This document shows, piece after piece, positions 10,555-22,369 of a stretch of 34,163 bases of DNA. Each line of letters begins with the position of its first letter. Positions within the stretch are counted from its first letter, which is position 1. Under the pieces are notes generated by a model. That model did no database searches, had not been told where the DNA came from, and saw only the letters and a program-made list of their open reading frames with translations. Location: contig NC_068981.1 of assembly GCF_001194135.2 (NCBI RefSeq), forward strand, positions 187,856,891 through 187,891,053. The letters run 5' to 3'. A program made the position numbers and the translations under genes. The DNA is from Octopus bimaculoides (lineage: Eukaryota).

Positions 10555-10885
10555 GTAAACTGTAAAGACCTCCTTCAGTCACGAATGGCCATGGGATTGC
10601 GCTTAGAAAGTTCCCCTCCGAGGCACAAGTCCAGGAAAAGTTGTTTATGGAAGACCAGAAGTCGCCCATATCCTCCCCTCTCCATGCTACCGATGTTACC
10701 CAAGGGAAAGGTAAATACAGCTTGGAACCAGTGACATTGCAACTCATTGCTACAGATGAGTGAACTGGAGCAACGTGAAATGAAGTGTCTTGCTCAAGAA
10801 CACAGCACACAACCTGGTCCGGCAATTGAACTCACTACTTCATGATTGTGAGTCCGACGCTCTGAATACTCACCCATGCGCCTTC
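10555..10885 (-). mobile_element. SINE family D, full length
   Basis: Minus strand 'gaaggcgcatgg...gagttcaattgccggacc...ttgagcaagacacttcatttcacgttgctccagttcactc', homologous to 4894-5254. Confidence 0.88.
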
Positions 10886-11139
10886 ACACTTCTTAATCAA
10901 GGAAACATCTTAGTGCCACCCTCTCCTCGTTTTAATCAACTAGTATTTACCAAATAACTACATATTAATCTCTGTCTAACGTATGGCTGACTTTCCTTTA
11001 CCTTTCACTCGGTCATTCTGGCCACTGGCCTTCTATAAAGCCTTTTCACCTAGGTAATATCTCATCCCCTTACTCTTCTCTTCTATATTTGTTCTATACC
11101 TTCGGTGTTCCTAATGCAACGAACTGGCATTAGCAATGA

Positions 11140-11275
11140 AGTCCGATAGTATAAGTACCCGACTTAAAAATAAGTACTGTGGTAGCTTTATTCGATCAGA
11201 ACTCTAAAACAAAAAAAAATGGTGCCCCAGTATGGCCGCTGGTCAATGAGTGAAACAAGTAAGATATTCCTAGAA
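11140..11275 (+). mobile_element. 3' module of composite family E SINE, fragment
   Basis: 'gatagtataagtac...ggtgccccagtatggccgc...tgaaacaagtaag' matches the module at 18720-18934 and 33055-33280. Confidence 0.6.
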
Positions 11276-12179
11276 ACATTTGGAAGAGAAAGAGATATGC
11301 TTGAAACGTCAGATTTCTCATCCTGCAACGTCACAATCTGAAATTGTCCAAATTCCCAATCTTTATTTTATGAAAATCTATCCCTTAAATGTTATTATAA
11401 CATTCATTTGAAAAATCTTATTTATATGTTAGAAAGTCTATAGCTAAAAGTTCATATTAATTTGGATTATATTTCAGGTAATCTTAGCAACTTTATCGAT
11501 AAATAATCATGAGAAACAAATAGAAATCGAAGAGAGATTCGGAGAAATTGATGTTTAATTAAGTCTCAGTTGTTTTCTTATTTATTTCCTGTGAATATAT
11601 TCAGAGCATATTTTCACGAATTGTTATATATTTAATTACCCTTAAAGCTTTTACGGCAAGGCCTACGTCAATGTTTCTCAGCGCTGTTCTTTCAATATGG
11701 ATATTCTACTGATTATAAGGAAATTTGATATATTTAAAAGGAAATAACAAAAATATGAGTTATGTCCCGGAGGTCATAAGGTAATCTAATGCTATTCTTT
11801 ATCAGGGAAGAATATTTTTCTTTCTTTGTGTACTTATGATTTCACAGAAACAAGTACAGCATTTCATTATTTATTTCCTCATTTACGGAAGTAACTGAAA
11901 GTTGAGATAAACTTTTAGTTCACATACGGTGATTTCTGCTTCACTTTGTATTAGATTGTAGATAATTCACGATAAGTCATAGCTGGAGCTTTCTGAATTC
12001 ACTAGGTAGTTTACTTCTAATAACAATATATATTTGTCGGAATTGTTTTAAAGAGAAGCAGTTTTGATTTTGTGTAATTATTTTGAGCGATCTCTATTTC
12101 TCTATTACATTACTAACCAATGTATTGTGTTACAATTTGCGAAAGCTAATTGTAAACACAATACATTAAAACAACTAGT

Positions 12180-12345
12180 ATGAGCAGTCATGGGTATGCG
12201 GTTATGAATCTCGCTTTGCAACCACGTTGTTTCGGGTTCAGTACTATCACAAATCAACTTATACAATTGACTTCTACTATATACTATATCCTCGCATCGA
12301 GTGAGTTTGGTAAACTGAAATTATGAGGAAGCCCGTCATATATAA
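12180..12345 (+). mobile_element. SINE family E head, degenerate
   Basis: 'aaccacgttgtttcgggttcagt...cttctactat...gagtttggta...gaagcccgtcatata'. Confidence 0.6.
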
Positions 12346-12635
12346 GAAAATGGAGATATTACAATTAATAAATATTCCCATAGTAATAACCCACAAGTTA
12401 TTTCCCAATTAAATTTTTCCAGTAAAAATCTGTAATAAAGTCATTTCTTTACTGTTACCCAAAGAAGAATATTGTTTTCTCTTTACGAGGCTTGTATGAA
12501 TGGCTAAACATTTATGGCGTCTTATTCTTAACCCGAAAGGATGAATAGTATTCGTATGTCGACGTGACTGACCCCGACGCTCTGCAAATACGCATATATA
12601 TATGTGTGTGTGTGTGTGTGTCATATGTAAGTATG

Positions 12636-12668
<33 letters not shown>

Positions 12669-14236
12669 NNNNNNNNNNNNNNNNNNNNNNNNNNNNNNNN
12701 NNNNNNNNNNNNNNNNNNNNNNNNNNNNNNNNNNNNNNNNNNNNNNNNNNNNNNNNNNNNNNNNNNNNNNNNNNNTATATATATAATTTTATACGTATGA
12801 ATAATATAATTTTAAACATACATCCACGTTCACAAACGCACGCGTATCTCTGTATACTTACACACGTATTCCTACATAAAGAGAAAGAGTGGTTGAATAG
12901 AGTGGAGAGAAAGGGAAATAGCTAGTATTGTGAGAACAAGATTTTATTTGAGAATTGTTATATGCGTGTCTGTCGAATGTAGCAACTTTTCGCCTCCCGT
13001 CTCCTTTAAGAGGTTTTTACGACAGCACCTGCGTTAATTTAATCAGACTTCATATGAGCGTTAAATCTCTTACCTGCTATTTAGAAAGTTTTCGAATGTC
13101 TATTCCAGTCATACGAAGGTGAAACGAAATATAATTTAAGAAGAAAAATCTACAATCTATAAACATTAAATTAGGTTATATTGTCGTCAGAAGATTTACA
13201 ATTATGGAATTTACGTTAAGTGCTTCATTTTACTGTTTGAAGTCGTCCCACGCAAGAATATTGGCTTGCGTTCACATATCTAAAGCTACTAAAATTCTTC
13301 ATTTAGGTTTAAAGTTTTGAAGGTTAATAGTGCATCAGAGTTGCCCTATGTCTCGTAAGAGCTCTTAACACCTCCATATATTGGTTAGTCGGACTGCAAA
13401 TAGGCTATCTAAATTGGACATATTTTGTCGATATAAATAATTAGAATAATGTACACAGTACACGTTCTCATACAAAGCTAGTTTGAGCACATACACCCTC
13501 AAGAGATCCGTTCGCTCTCCCTAGCTACATATATTTCCAGAGGTTTTCCAAGTTTTTAATCGATTACTCCCCAGCGTGAATTGATTGTATCTATTATTTT
13601 GAGAAAATCTCGATTGCTCAATAAACTGCATAGTTCGAATGTTCTATCTATATGTCCAACTGCTGTTCTAACGTAGGAGAACATTTGCGAACGATGTAAA
13701 TATAGCTCCCTTTTTAAAAGCAATTTTCTATTTATTCCGAAAATAGAATTCATATAATCAGACTTATACAAGTTTTCATTCAACGGGGAATTGTCTTTGT
13801 TTGGATATTTTTGTTTTTATGGAAATTTCATTTTCTTTCATATTTTGAATATTTTTAGAAAGTATGATATAACCATATAATTATTTGCTTCTTGTTCCAT
13901 CATTTCGTCTCAATATTTCTTTGCATTTTACTTTTCCTCAATATTTTCTCTGTTACTTTATATAAGAAAATCTATGTATGGAGATAAATTATTTGCTGAA
14001 GAGAAGTAGAGAGCTAATAACTACATAGAGCAAATATATTAAATGTCTCTTACTATGATGATTGTTTAATATTAGTTACATTAGTTTTGTCCAATTCTAG
14101 AACTCGTTTCGCTTCAAAGTGAAAGAAGTTCTCATCATCTGAACTTTCATTGCAAAATTCTCAATCAATACTTTGATCAATATACTATAAAGAGCGACAC
14201 ATTCAAAAGGAGCAGACGTAAAACGTATCATTGGAG

Positions 14237-14361
<125 letters not shown>

Positions 14362-14456
14362 GATAAGAAATACGAAGAAATATTCAAATCACTGATGAAA
14401 CTATAATTCTGCATTCTACATTGCATCGTAAACTCCCTAATAACCCATTCTATTAT

Positions 14457-14610
14457 AGGCAAAAGGCCTGAAATTTAGGGGAGGGAATAGTCGATTACAT
14501 CGACCCCAGGACTCAACTAGTACTTAATTTATCGACCCCGAAAGGATGAAAGGTAAAGTCGAACTCAGAACGTAGCGACAGGTGATATACCCCTAAGCAT
14601 TTGTCCAGGG
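14457..14610 (-). mobile_element. SINE family A, internally deleted, abutting the Penelope-like fragment
   Basis: 'atcgaccccag...atttatcgaccccgaaaggatgaaaggtaaagtcga' is the reverse complement of the A body. Confidence 0.85.
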
Positions 14611-14614
14611 AAGG

Positions 14615-15630
14615 TTACTTTTCACTTGATTACCGTATGGAATAATCAACCAAATATTTTTATTAGGGTTGCGTGATTCAATGCGAGATTTATTACTGAA
14701 AAACCTAATATTATTGTTAAAAGAATGTAAAGTTGAAGAGGAAGCATAGTTACTTCCCTTTGACTGTTTATTTTTAGGGTTATGAAGTTAAGACTATGGA
14801 TATTTTGATGGAATTGGGTATTATTTAGATAATTAACTGTAGAAGGAGCAGAACAAGTAATCTTGCAGTTAATGTGTCTACTACTGCTAATATTGCTTTT
14901 ACTACTGTTATTGTCATTAGTACAGTTAGCGCTAAGTTGGTTGAAATATTTAATTTGTTCCTTATATCCTGTTTTGTATGAAAATGAGTTATAAAAATCA
15001 GCGTTGCTATTGAAGACGGTTTCGCTGGCGGATAATTTAGATATTCTAAGGGAATATAACACATTTTTTGTTATATTGTTGTTGTGGTTACTAAAGGTAC
15101 TGATGTATTTTAGGTTAGTTGAAGGTTTATGGTATGAAAAATACAAGGCCGTATTTAAGTTTAGAGTTAGCCCTAGAAAGTTAAGCTTCATTTTATCAAT
15201 ATCGAAAGAAATACTTAATCCCATATTACTAAGAATTTGACTAAATTTCGTTTAACTTTTTCTAGTTTCTGATTTGAGGTATTTTGTTAGTAAAGTAGGC
15301 ACTCATCATGATATAAACCATCGAGTATATAAGGGAATCGGTCTGCTAGTTCTGATAGGATGTAAATTCTGACCAAATCAGGAACCTGAGCCAAATCGCT
15401 ACTTCCCATAGGGATATCGAAGCAATCTGTTCAATCCCTACGAATCCAAACTTTGCTATCGAATTGGATGATGGATGGATTTTCTTGCCGCTAGGACAAT
15501 ATTAATTGCATCGTGGGTTAGTCCTGCCTTGTTATGTGCAAACCATAGGACTGTTTAAGATGATAGGATTGATAGAGGAATAATAGCTGCAGATATCGAA
15601 CTATATGAATTTCTTATATTTCTCCTAATT
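14615..15630 (-). pseudogene. Penelope-like element reverse transcriptase fragment (RT core, thumb, start of linker); resembles the Naiad group as I recall it
   Basis: Minus frames: KFI*FDICSYY (15580-15600), AARKS, VWIRR, FDIPMGSSD (15401-15421), GLYHDE (15302-15319, from YRDD), NFLGLTLNL, YHKP..YISTFSNH..RISKLSASETVF..TGY, KNIWLIIPY (14635-14658). Stops and frameshifts present. Confidence 0.8.
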
Positions 15631-15750
15631 ACGTCTTGCTTGTACCCGGATTCAAATCCCACACAAGAGTGTCCATTGTTTCTTAAGACGCGCAACATTT
15701 AGCTACTTTGGAAGTATTTCCTCGGATCATTCCTATATACTGTACACTTG

Positions 15751-15788
<38 letters not shown>

Positions 15789-16353
15789 NNNNNNNNNNNN
15801 NNNNNNNNNNNNNNNNNNNNNNNNNNNNNNNNNNNNNNNNNNNNNNNNNNNNNNNNNNNNNNNNNNNNNNNNNNNNNNNNNNNNNNNNNNNNNNNNNNNN
15901 NNNNNNNNNNNNNNNNNNNNNNNNNNNNNNNNNNNNNNNNNNNNNNNNNNNNNNNNNNNNNNNNNNNNNNNNNNNNNNNNNNNNNNNNNNNNNNNNNNNN
16001 NNNNNNNNNNNNNNNNNNNNNNNNNNNNNNNNNNNNNNNNNNNNNNNNNNNNNNNNNNNNNNNNNNNNNNNNNNNNNNNNNNNNNNNNNNNNNNNNNNNN
16101 NNNNNNNNNNNNNNNNNNNNNNNNNNNNNNNNNNNNNNNNNNNNNNNNNNNNNNNNNNNNNNNNNNNNNNNNNNNNNNNNNNNNNNNNNNNNNNNNNNNN
16201 NNNNNNNNNNNNNNNNNNNNNNNNNNNNNNNNNNNNNNNNNNNNNNNNNNNNNNNNNNNNNNNNNNNNNNNNNNNNNNNNNNNNNNNNNNNNNNNNNNNN
16301 NNNNNNNNNNNNNNNNNNNNNNNNNNNNNNNNNNNNNNNNNNNNNNNNNNNNN

Positions 16354-16417
16354 CCCCCCCCCCCTATTACCTTGCGGACCACCAGAAATCCGTCGACCCC
16401 AGGTTGGGAACCAGTTG
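16354..16417 (+). mobile_element. Right end of a hAT-type MITE (left part in gap)
   Basis: 'gaccccaggttgggaaccagt' resembles the Charlie/hAT-type terminus GGTTG(A/G)GAACCACTG; the same TIR type occurs at 33667-33890. Confidence 0.45.
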
Positions 16418-16519
16418 CCTAGAGGATAAAAATAAGAACCTTTTAAGAAACTAATTAAAGAAACTGGGACTACTGTAAATGTTAGTTACAATTGCCTGAA
16501 AGTAGAGACCCCTGATCTG

Positions 16520-16880
16520 TCCCTTTTGACATCGACCCACCGGAGACCACCACTGGTTTTATGATACAAATTTCTCCTTTTAAAGTGAACTAAATTAAAT
16601 CTTTCCCTCAAACTTTCATTTTATGAATGAATTAAGAAATAAGGGAAGACTAACTATGAAGGAAGTTTTAAAAAACCTTTATATTTCGGGCACAAAGAAC
16701 CATCTTCAGAAGGAAACAATCTAAAAAATGTGTGTTTCCTGCCATTTTAGATAGTCCATATACAACGCTCTAATTTCACGTTCCTAACACCAGCTTAAAA
16801 ATTGCATTTATTTTGCTAAATTCTCCAATATTTTCAAAATTAATTGAAACAAAAGCAGAGAATTTCAACCAAAATATATA
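16520..16880 (+). mobile_element. Degenerate AT-rich MITE-like repeat interrupted by an insertion of about 150 bp (about 16630-16775)
   Basis: Recalled similarity to an abundant Octopus TTAACCCT-ended MITE ('tatgatacaaa..ttttaaagtga.ctaaattaaa' and 'gttcctaacaccagcttaa...ttttcaaaattaattgaaacaaa'); not verifiable here, termini eroded. Confidence 0.4.
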
Positions 16881-17989
16881 TCTTAGTATATTGTTGTTGT
16901 TTCATATTACAGTTTGATTCTCTATAGTCAGATAACTGGCTTAAAGTGGTCTAATAATCGATAAAGTACAAGGTTATAATGAAGAAATACTTTATGATCA
17001 ACTTAACAGTATAATGAACAGCAATGGCCTTGAAATAAACCATAACAAGCAAACCTAAAGGGAAATGACCAGCCATTGAAAGAAATAAGATGAAAAAGAA
17101 GTATTATTGGCAGAATATATATATCTTAACCTCTCAAGCATTTTATGCAAATAAATGGGGCGTAAAATATAATGAAGAAAATCACTTTAGGGGACAAAAC
17201 AATGTCGTCTCTTTCTATAGAGTTTGTTTTGATCATTAGAGAACTCGGATGGGTTATACGTTTGTGCATGACTAAGGAAAAGTGTGGCCAATCATATTCT
17301 ATCATCGGCATTGTGATGTATCTAACATTAAGATAGAACGCTCCAGTTATCCAAACTGAAAGTAGTCAATAGAAAACTAGAACACACTCATTTGCTGCAG
17401 TAAGCGGCAAAAGAACTATAACATTGAAGTATACATCGTTAGCACAACAAGACTCAGTTTGACTCCTTTTCTAGAAATATCGTGGAGAATGATGAACCCC
17501 CTGCCTTAAGGTAACTTATTCTATAGAGTCCACAGGAGGATATAATATTCAATGCCATTTTAACGACCTGCTTTGAATTCATAACAGGTCTCACTATATT
17601 TATAAAATATGGTCCTGTTATAATTATGAAATAAGTTCACCAGAGAATAAAGATTGATGAAATGCTATTTTAGCAAGGGAATGAGACATTTAGGCGCAGC
17701 TGTTTTGGCGCGGCATATTTGGCGTCACTGATTCAATGCTGACTTGGCATCAAGCATTTCAATATTTCTCTCAAGCTAATTTTTCTTTAGTTTTCTCTCT
17801 CTCTCTGTGTTTATATCAGCAAACGAGCGCAAAAAATCCTGACGCTAAAACAGTTGATGATAATGATGACGATGCAGATATTTAGAGCAATAGAACGTTG
17901 AAACCCTAAGAAGTAAATTCCATCATTGCATTGCACGATATATATAACCGAAAGATCATTTGAGAGTATGAACTGATGTTCACTTTACG

Positions 17990-18192
17990 ATATTGGCTTC
18001 AAATTTTGGCACAAGGCCAGAAATTTGTGAGAAGTGATTAATTCGATCCCAGTGCTCAGCCAGTACTTATATTATCGACCCCGAAAGGATGAAAGGAAAA
18101 CTAGACCTCGGCGGAAATTGAACTCAAAAACGGACGAAATATCGCTAAGCATTTTGCCCGGAGTCCTAACCATTCTGCCAGTTCTCCGCCTT
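17990..18192 (-). mobile_element. SINE family A
   Basis: 'ttggcacaaggccag...atcgaccccgaaaggatgaaagg...cctcggcgg...ctaagcattttgcccgg...ccgcctta'. Confidence 0.88.
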
Positions 18193-18547
18193 ATGATATT
18201 ACTCATTATACTTATCAATCCCTACAGTAAGTCATTTCCTTCATAAAATATAAACGATAAATATCGATTCTGGATAGTTAATTCGTAGCTAATCAATCTA
18301 ATAAGAATACTTAACATGTATGATTATGTATAATCGCCTTTCAACTCATCAGGGTCGCTTAAATTTATAATCATTATTATGTATACACATCAACTACATT
18401 AATCTAATTGCCCAGAAGATATTTAGTAACAATCATATTTCGGAATTTTAACTCTATTAAAGTTTTGAACGCTTAATTAGTTGAATAGTACATTGCCTTA
18501 ATTATTTTAGTCTGCATTTTAATATCTTCCATAAATCGTGATGACAA

Positions 18548-18575
18548 ATACACACACACAGACACACACACACAC

Positions 18576-18606
<31 letters not shown>

Positions 18607-18719
18607 NNNNNNNNNNATGTATATATATATATATGTATATGTATATGTATGTATGTATATGTATGTATGTATATATTTATATATGTATATATACATATAT
18701 ATGTGTGTGTGTGTATATA
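18548..18719. repeat. Compound (CA)/(TA)/(TATG) microsatellite with small gap
   Basis: Seen directly. Confidence 0.92.
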
Positions 18720-18934
18720 TATTCTTTTATTCTTTTACTTGTTTGAGCCATTTCACTGGTGCCATGCTGGAGTATCACCTTAAATGGTTTTAGACCAACA
18801 AATCAGCCCACCACTTATTCTTTGCTAGCCTGGTACTTAATCTACCGGTGTCTTTAGACGAACCACTAAGTTATGGGGACGTAGATACACCAAGATCACT
18901 TGTCAAGTGGTGGTGGTGGTGGGCACAAACACAA
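18720..18934 (-). mobile_element. 3' module of composite family E SINE
   Basis: 'attcttttattcttttacttgttt..gccatgctggag...gaaccactaagttatggggacgta...ttgtcaag...cacaaacac'; homologous to 33410-33612. Confidence 0.8.
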
Positions 18935-18944
18935 NNNNNNNNNN

Positions 18945-19274
18945 GGCGCAATGGGCCAGTGGTTAGGGCAGCGGACTCGCGATCATAGGGTCGCAGTTTC
19001 GATTCCCAGACCGGGCGTTGTGAGTGTTTATTGAGCGAAAACACCTAAAAACCCCCCACGAGACTCCGGCAGGGGATGGTGGCGAACTCTGCAGTACTCT
19101 TTCACCACAACTTTCTCTCACTCTTACTTCCTGTTTCTGTTGTGCCTGTAATTCAAAGGGTCAACCTTGTCACACTGTGTCACGCTGAATATCCCCGAGA
19201 ACTACGTTAAGGGTACACGTGTCTGTGTAGTGCTTAATTTCACGTTAATTTCACGAGCAGGCTGTTCCGTTGAT
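18945..19274 (+). mobile_element. SINE family C, lacking its last ~45 bp
   Basis: tRNA-like head 'ggcgcaatgggccagtggttag...tttcgattccc'; the 3' module matches 8114-8272 and stops at 'ctgttccgttgat', where the minisatellite begins. Confidence 0.88.
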
Positions 19275-19686
19275 TTCCTAGACAATTTCGATGATTCATT
19301 GAAAAGGGACCTCCTGGAAAGTTCCAATGACTTCCTGCAAAGATCTATGGAAAGTTCCTGGGATGGAAAATTCCGAGTATCTCATGGAAAAATCAGGGAT
19401 TTCCTGGAAATTTCCGAATATTTCATGGAAAGATCCTATGATTTCCTGGAAAGTTCCGATGATTTCATGGGAAACTCCGAGGGTTTCATGGGAAACTCCG
19501 GGGACTTCATAGAAAGATCCGAGGACTTCATGGAAAAATCCTAGGGATTCATGGAAAATTCCGAAGATTTCATAGAAAGATCCAAGGATTTCAGGGTGAA
19601 ATCCCGAGGATTCCATGGGAAGTTCCGAAGAATTCCGAGCACTTCCTCGGTGCTTCCGATGATTTCATGGAAAGATCCGAGCATTT
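19275..19686. repeat. Degenerate 21-bp minisatellite, about 19 units, consensus close to TTCMTGGAAARWTCCGAKGAY
   Basis: Units read directly, e.g. ttcctggaaagttccgatgat / ttcatgggaaactccgagggt / ttcatagaaagatccgaggac. Confidence 0.92.
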
Positions 19687-20419
19687 CCGAATGTTAAACT
19701 AACAAACGAAAGTAACTCAATCTTAACAGATAGGATTAATTTAGTTAAATATAAACCTAGAGATGTTACTTTATTTATTTTGCTCCTATGATATAGAAGA
19801 AATTAAATTACGTTTAATGTAACCGGTAATTTAATGAAGAATCCACAATAAATTATATCTTAGTTCTGAACGCTTCCAAACACGTAACGACTTTCCCATT
19901 CATTTCGTGAATGATTGAGAGAAAAAGTAAATATATAAGAATACTGATTGCCGTTTCCAATGTTTACTGAAGACTGTGAGTAAACGTTTTCCATTGTGGC
20001 GCTTAATTTCGACTGAAATTGTTGTCTTAAATAAGATTCAATGATCGATTGTAGCTATAGGAGGAAAGTTATCGCGTGAAAGATGTGCGAGATTTCTCTT
20101 ATGATTGGTTTGGAGGTGGTGGGGGGGGAGAATATTGCAATTAAAAGAAAAGCAATAAAATGCATTCTAAACAATCAATTAGATTGCAAATATAGGAAAT
20201 AAAACAAAGTTTCTTTTTTCACTTAAGTAGTTATTGAGGTACAGATCGATAAAATATCTTGGAAGCTAAGAATAGACTTTGCAACTCCAACCAGAGATCG
20301 AATTAAAAAAGCACTTGATGGAGCAAATTTTGCATAAAACCACTCAGTGGATACCTGTACATATAATAGAATTAATAGCATTTGTTAGATACTAGGCCAT
20401 TAAGTTGCATATCTAAATA

Positions 20420-20597
20420 AATGCATACACATACACACATTTATACATATACACTCGCGCATAGATAGAAATATATATGTGTGTATGCATATATGCATAT
20501 GTAATATGCATTTATAATATGTATGTTTATACACATATATTCACTTGCCCACGGACACATACACACATACGGAAACACACACACTCTCACACACACG

Positions 20598-20630
<33 letters not shown>
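20420..20630. repeat. Compound (CA)n/(TA)n microsatellite region
   Basis: Seen directly. Confidence 0.85.
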
Positions 20631-21029
20631 GCCTAGTTTTTATGGAAGTAGAAATACAGATTAATGCAAGTAGCTTTTGAAATCTATATTTACATAGACT
20701 ACAATCTACAGATTATTCAATAATGAAAAGAGAAAACAAAACAGAACAGTCAAGAATTATGTAAATTTTTACCCCGACAGCTGTTTCAAGCCAGCCATAA
20801 CTTACGTTATGAAAGTGCCAAAGTAAGTTATGGATTTGCCTATGGTATCTCGTATTTATTACTTTTGAATGTGGTTATTATGTAAATCATGGCTATCTTA
20901 AATCATTCTTCTGTTCTGTATTGTTTTCTTGTATTATTTTGCAATAAGTATTTTGTACTCCGTATAAATATACGCCTTATGCCAACCTGCGTTCACCTGG
21001 CTTTCTACCTCTTATTTTCTCTCTCTTTG

Positions 21030-21611
21030 TGTACACACACACATATATATATGCATATATATATATGCATATATATATATATACATACACACATATATAT
21101 TTATATATATATANNNNNNNNNNNNNNNNNNNNNNNNNNNNNNNNNNNNNNNNNNNNNNNNNNNNNNNNNNNNNNNNNNNNNNNNNNNNNNNNNNNNNNN
21201 NNNNNNNNNNNNNNNNNNNNNNNNNNNNNNNNNNNNNNNNNNNNNNNNNNNNNNNNNNNNNNNNNNNNNNNNNNNNNNNNNNNNNNNNNNNNNNNNNNNN
21301 NNNNNNNNNNNNNNNNNNNNNNNNNNNNNNNNNNNNNNNNNNNNNNNNNNNNNNNNNNNNNNNNNNNNNNNNNNNNNNNNNNNNNNNNNNNNNNNNNNNN
21401 NNNNNNNNNNNNNNNNNNNNNNNNNNNNNNNNNNNNNNNNNNNNNNNNNNNNNNNNNNNNNNNNNNNNNNNNNNNNNNNNNNNNNNNNNNNNNNNNNNNN
21501 NNNNNNNNNNNNNNNNNNNNNNNNNNNNNNNNNNNNNNNNNNNNNNNNNNNNNNNNNNNNNNNNNNNNNNNNNNNNNNNNNNNNNNNNNNNNNNNNNNNN
21601 NNNNNNNNNNN

Positions 21612-21655
<44 letters not shown>

Positions 21656-21764
21656 TACATATGTATATATATATATATATACATAGATATCTATATCTAT
21701 ACTCATATATATACACATGGTTATATTTACATATATACATATTTATATATGTACACATATATAT

Positions 21765-21801
<37 letters not shown>

Positions 21802-21890
21802 CATACACACATATATATATATATATGTATATATATGTCAGTATATATAAGTAACAGTATATATATGCATACATGCATTTGTGTATATTT
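21030..21890. repeat. Large (TA)-based compound microsatellite spanning a gap (N 21114-21611)
   Basis: Seen directly; source of the long YI-repeat ORFs. Confidence 0.95.
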
Positions 21891-22080
21891 AATATCATCT
21901 GTGTAATACACCTTGTAGCGTGCTCTCCAAACCTCCTTTACGGGCATCGGTTACCCTCTTGCTGGATATGCATGTGAAAAGCCTTTAATATCCACAGAAT
22001 TCATACAGAAGTGTTTTAACTCCATAGGATGGAACGAACATATTTTAATCCAAATCTTTTCAATTATTTCTGTGTTTTAG

Positions 22081-22089
22081 TATCACCTG
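22081..22089 (+). other. Candidate 9-nt microexon TATCACCTG
   Basis: Preceded by 'tcttttcaattatttctgtgttttag' and followed by GTAAGT (CTG|GTAAGT). Splice signals only; no transcript evidence. Confidence 0.35.
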
Positions 22090-22369
22090 GTAAGTGCTGA
22101 GTGCTTCACATATTACACATGTCATTTCAAGAACACGATCCAACAATAGCAGCGCTCTCGAACCAACTCACCTAAAGACGTGCAGGCACACAACTATTGT
22201 TGGACCATATTAATTTAATAATGTGTAATATGTGAAACATTCAGCAAGTACCAGCAGATAGAAATGTAGTGATTTGAATTAAAACCTGGTCATTACAGCT
22301 TACAATTGAAATACTTTTGCATTAATTTACACACACACATACACATGCGCGTGCACATATATATGTGTA

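Noticed and set aside
13300-13783. Faint CR1-like 3' coding similarity (LFAVRLTNIW) and a 75-aa ORF
   Set aside because: A single short patch; too weak to call.
15431-15433. In-frame TGA in the Penelope-like RT as possible selenocysteine (reported for some Naiads)
   Set aside because: Not at a position where I expect Cys, the copy has other TAA/TAG stops and frameshifts, and no SECIS was recognised.
18330-18360. Minus-strand CTGATGAGTTGAAA
   Set aside because: Only 3 nt between the core blocks and no helix I or III partners.
19296-19544. Reflectin-like appearance of the FME/DFM heptads
   Set aside because: Lacks the MD-x5-MD reflectin motif and the Tyr/Arg/Met-rich composition.
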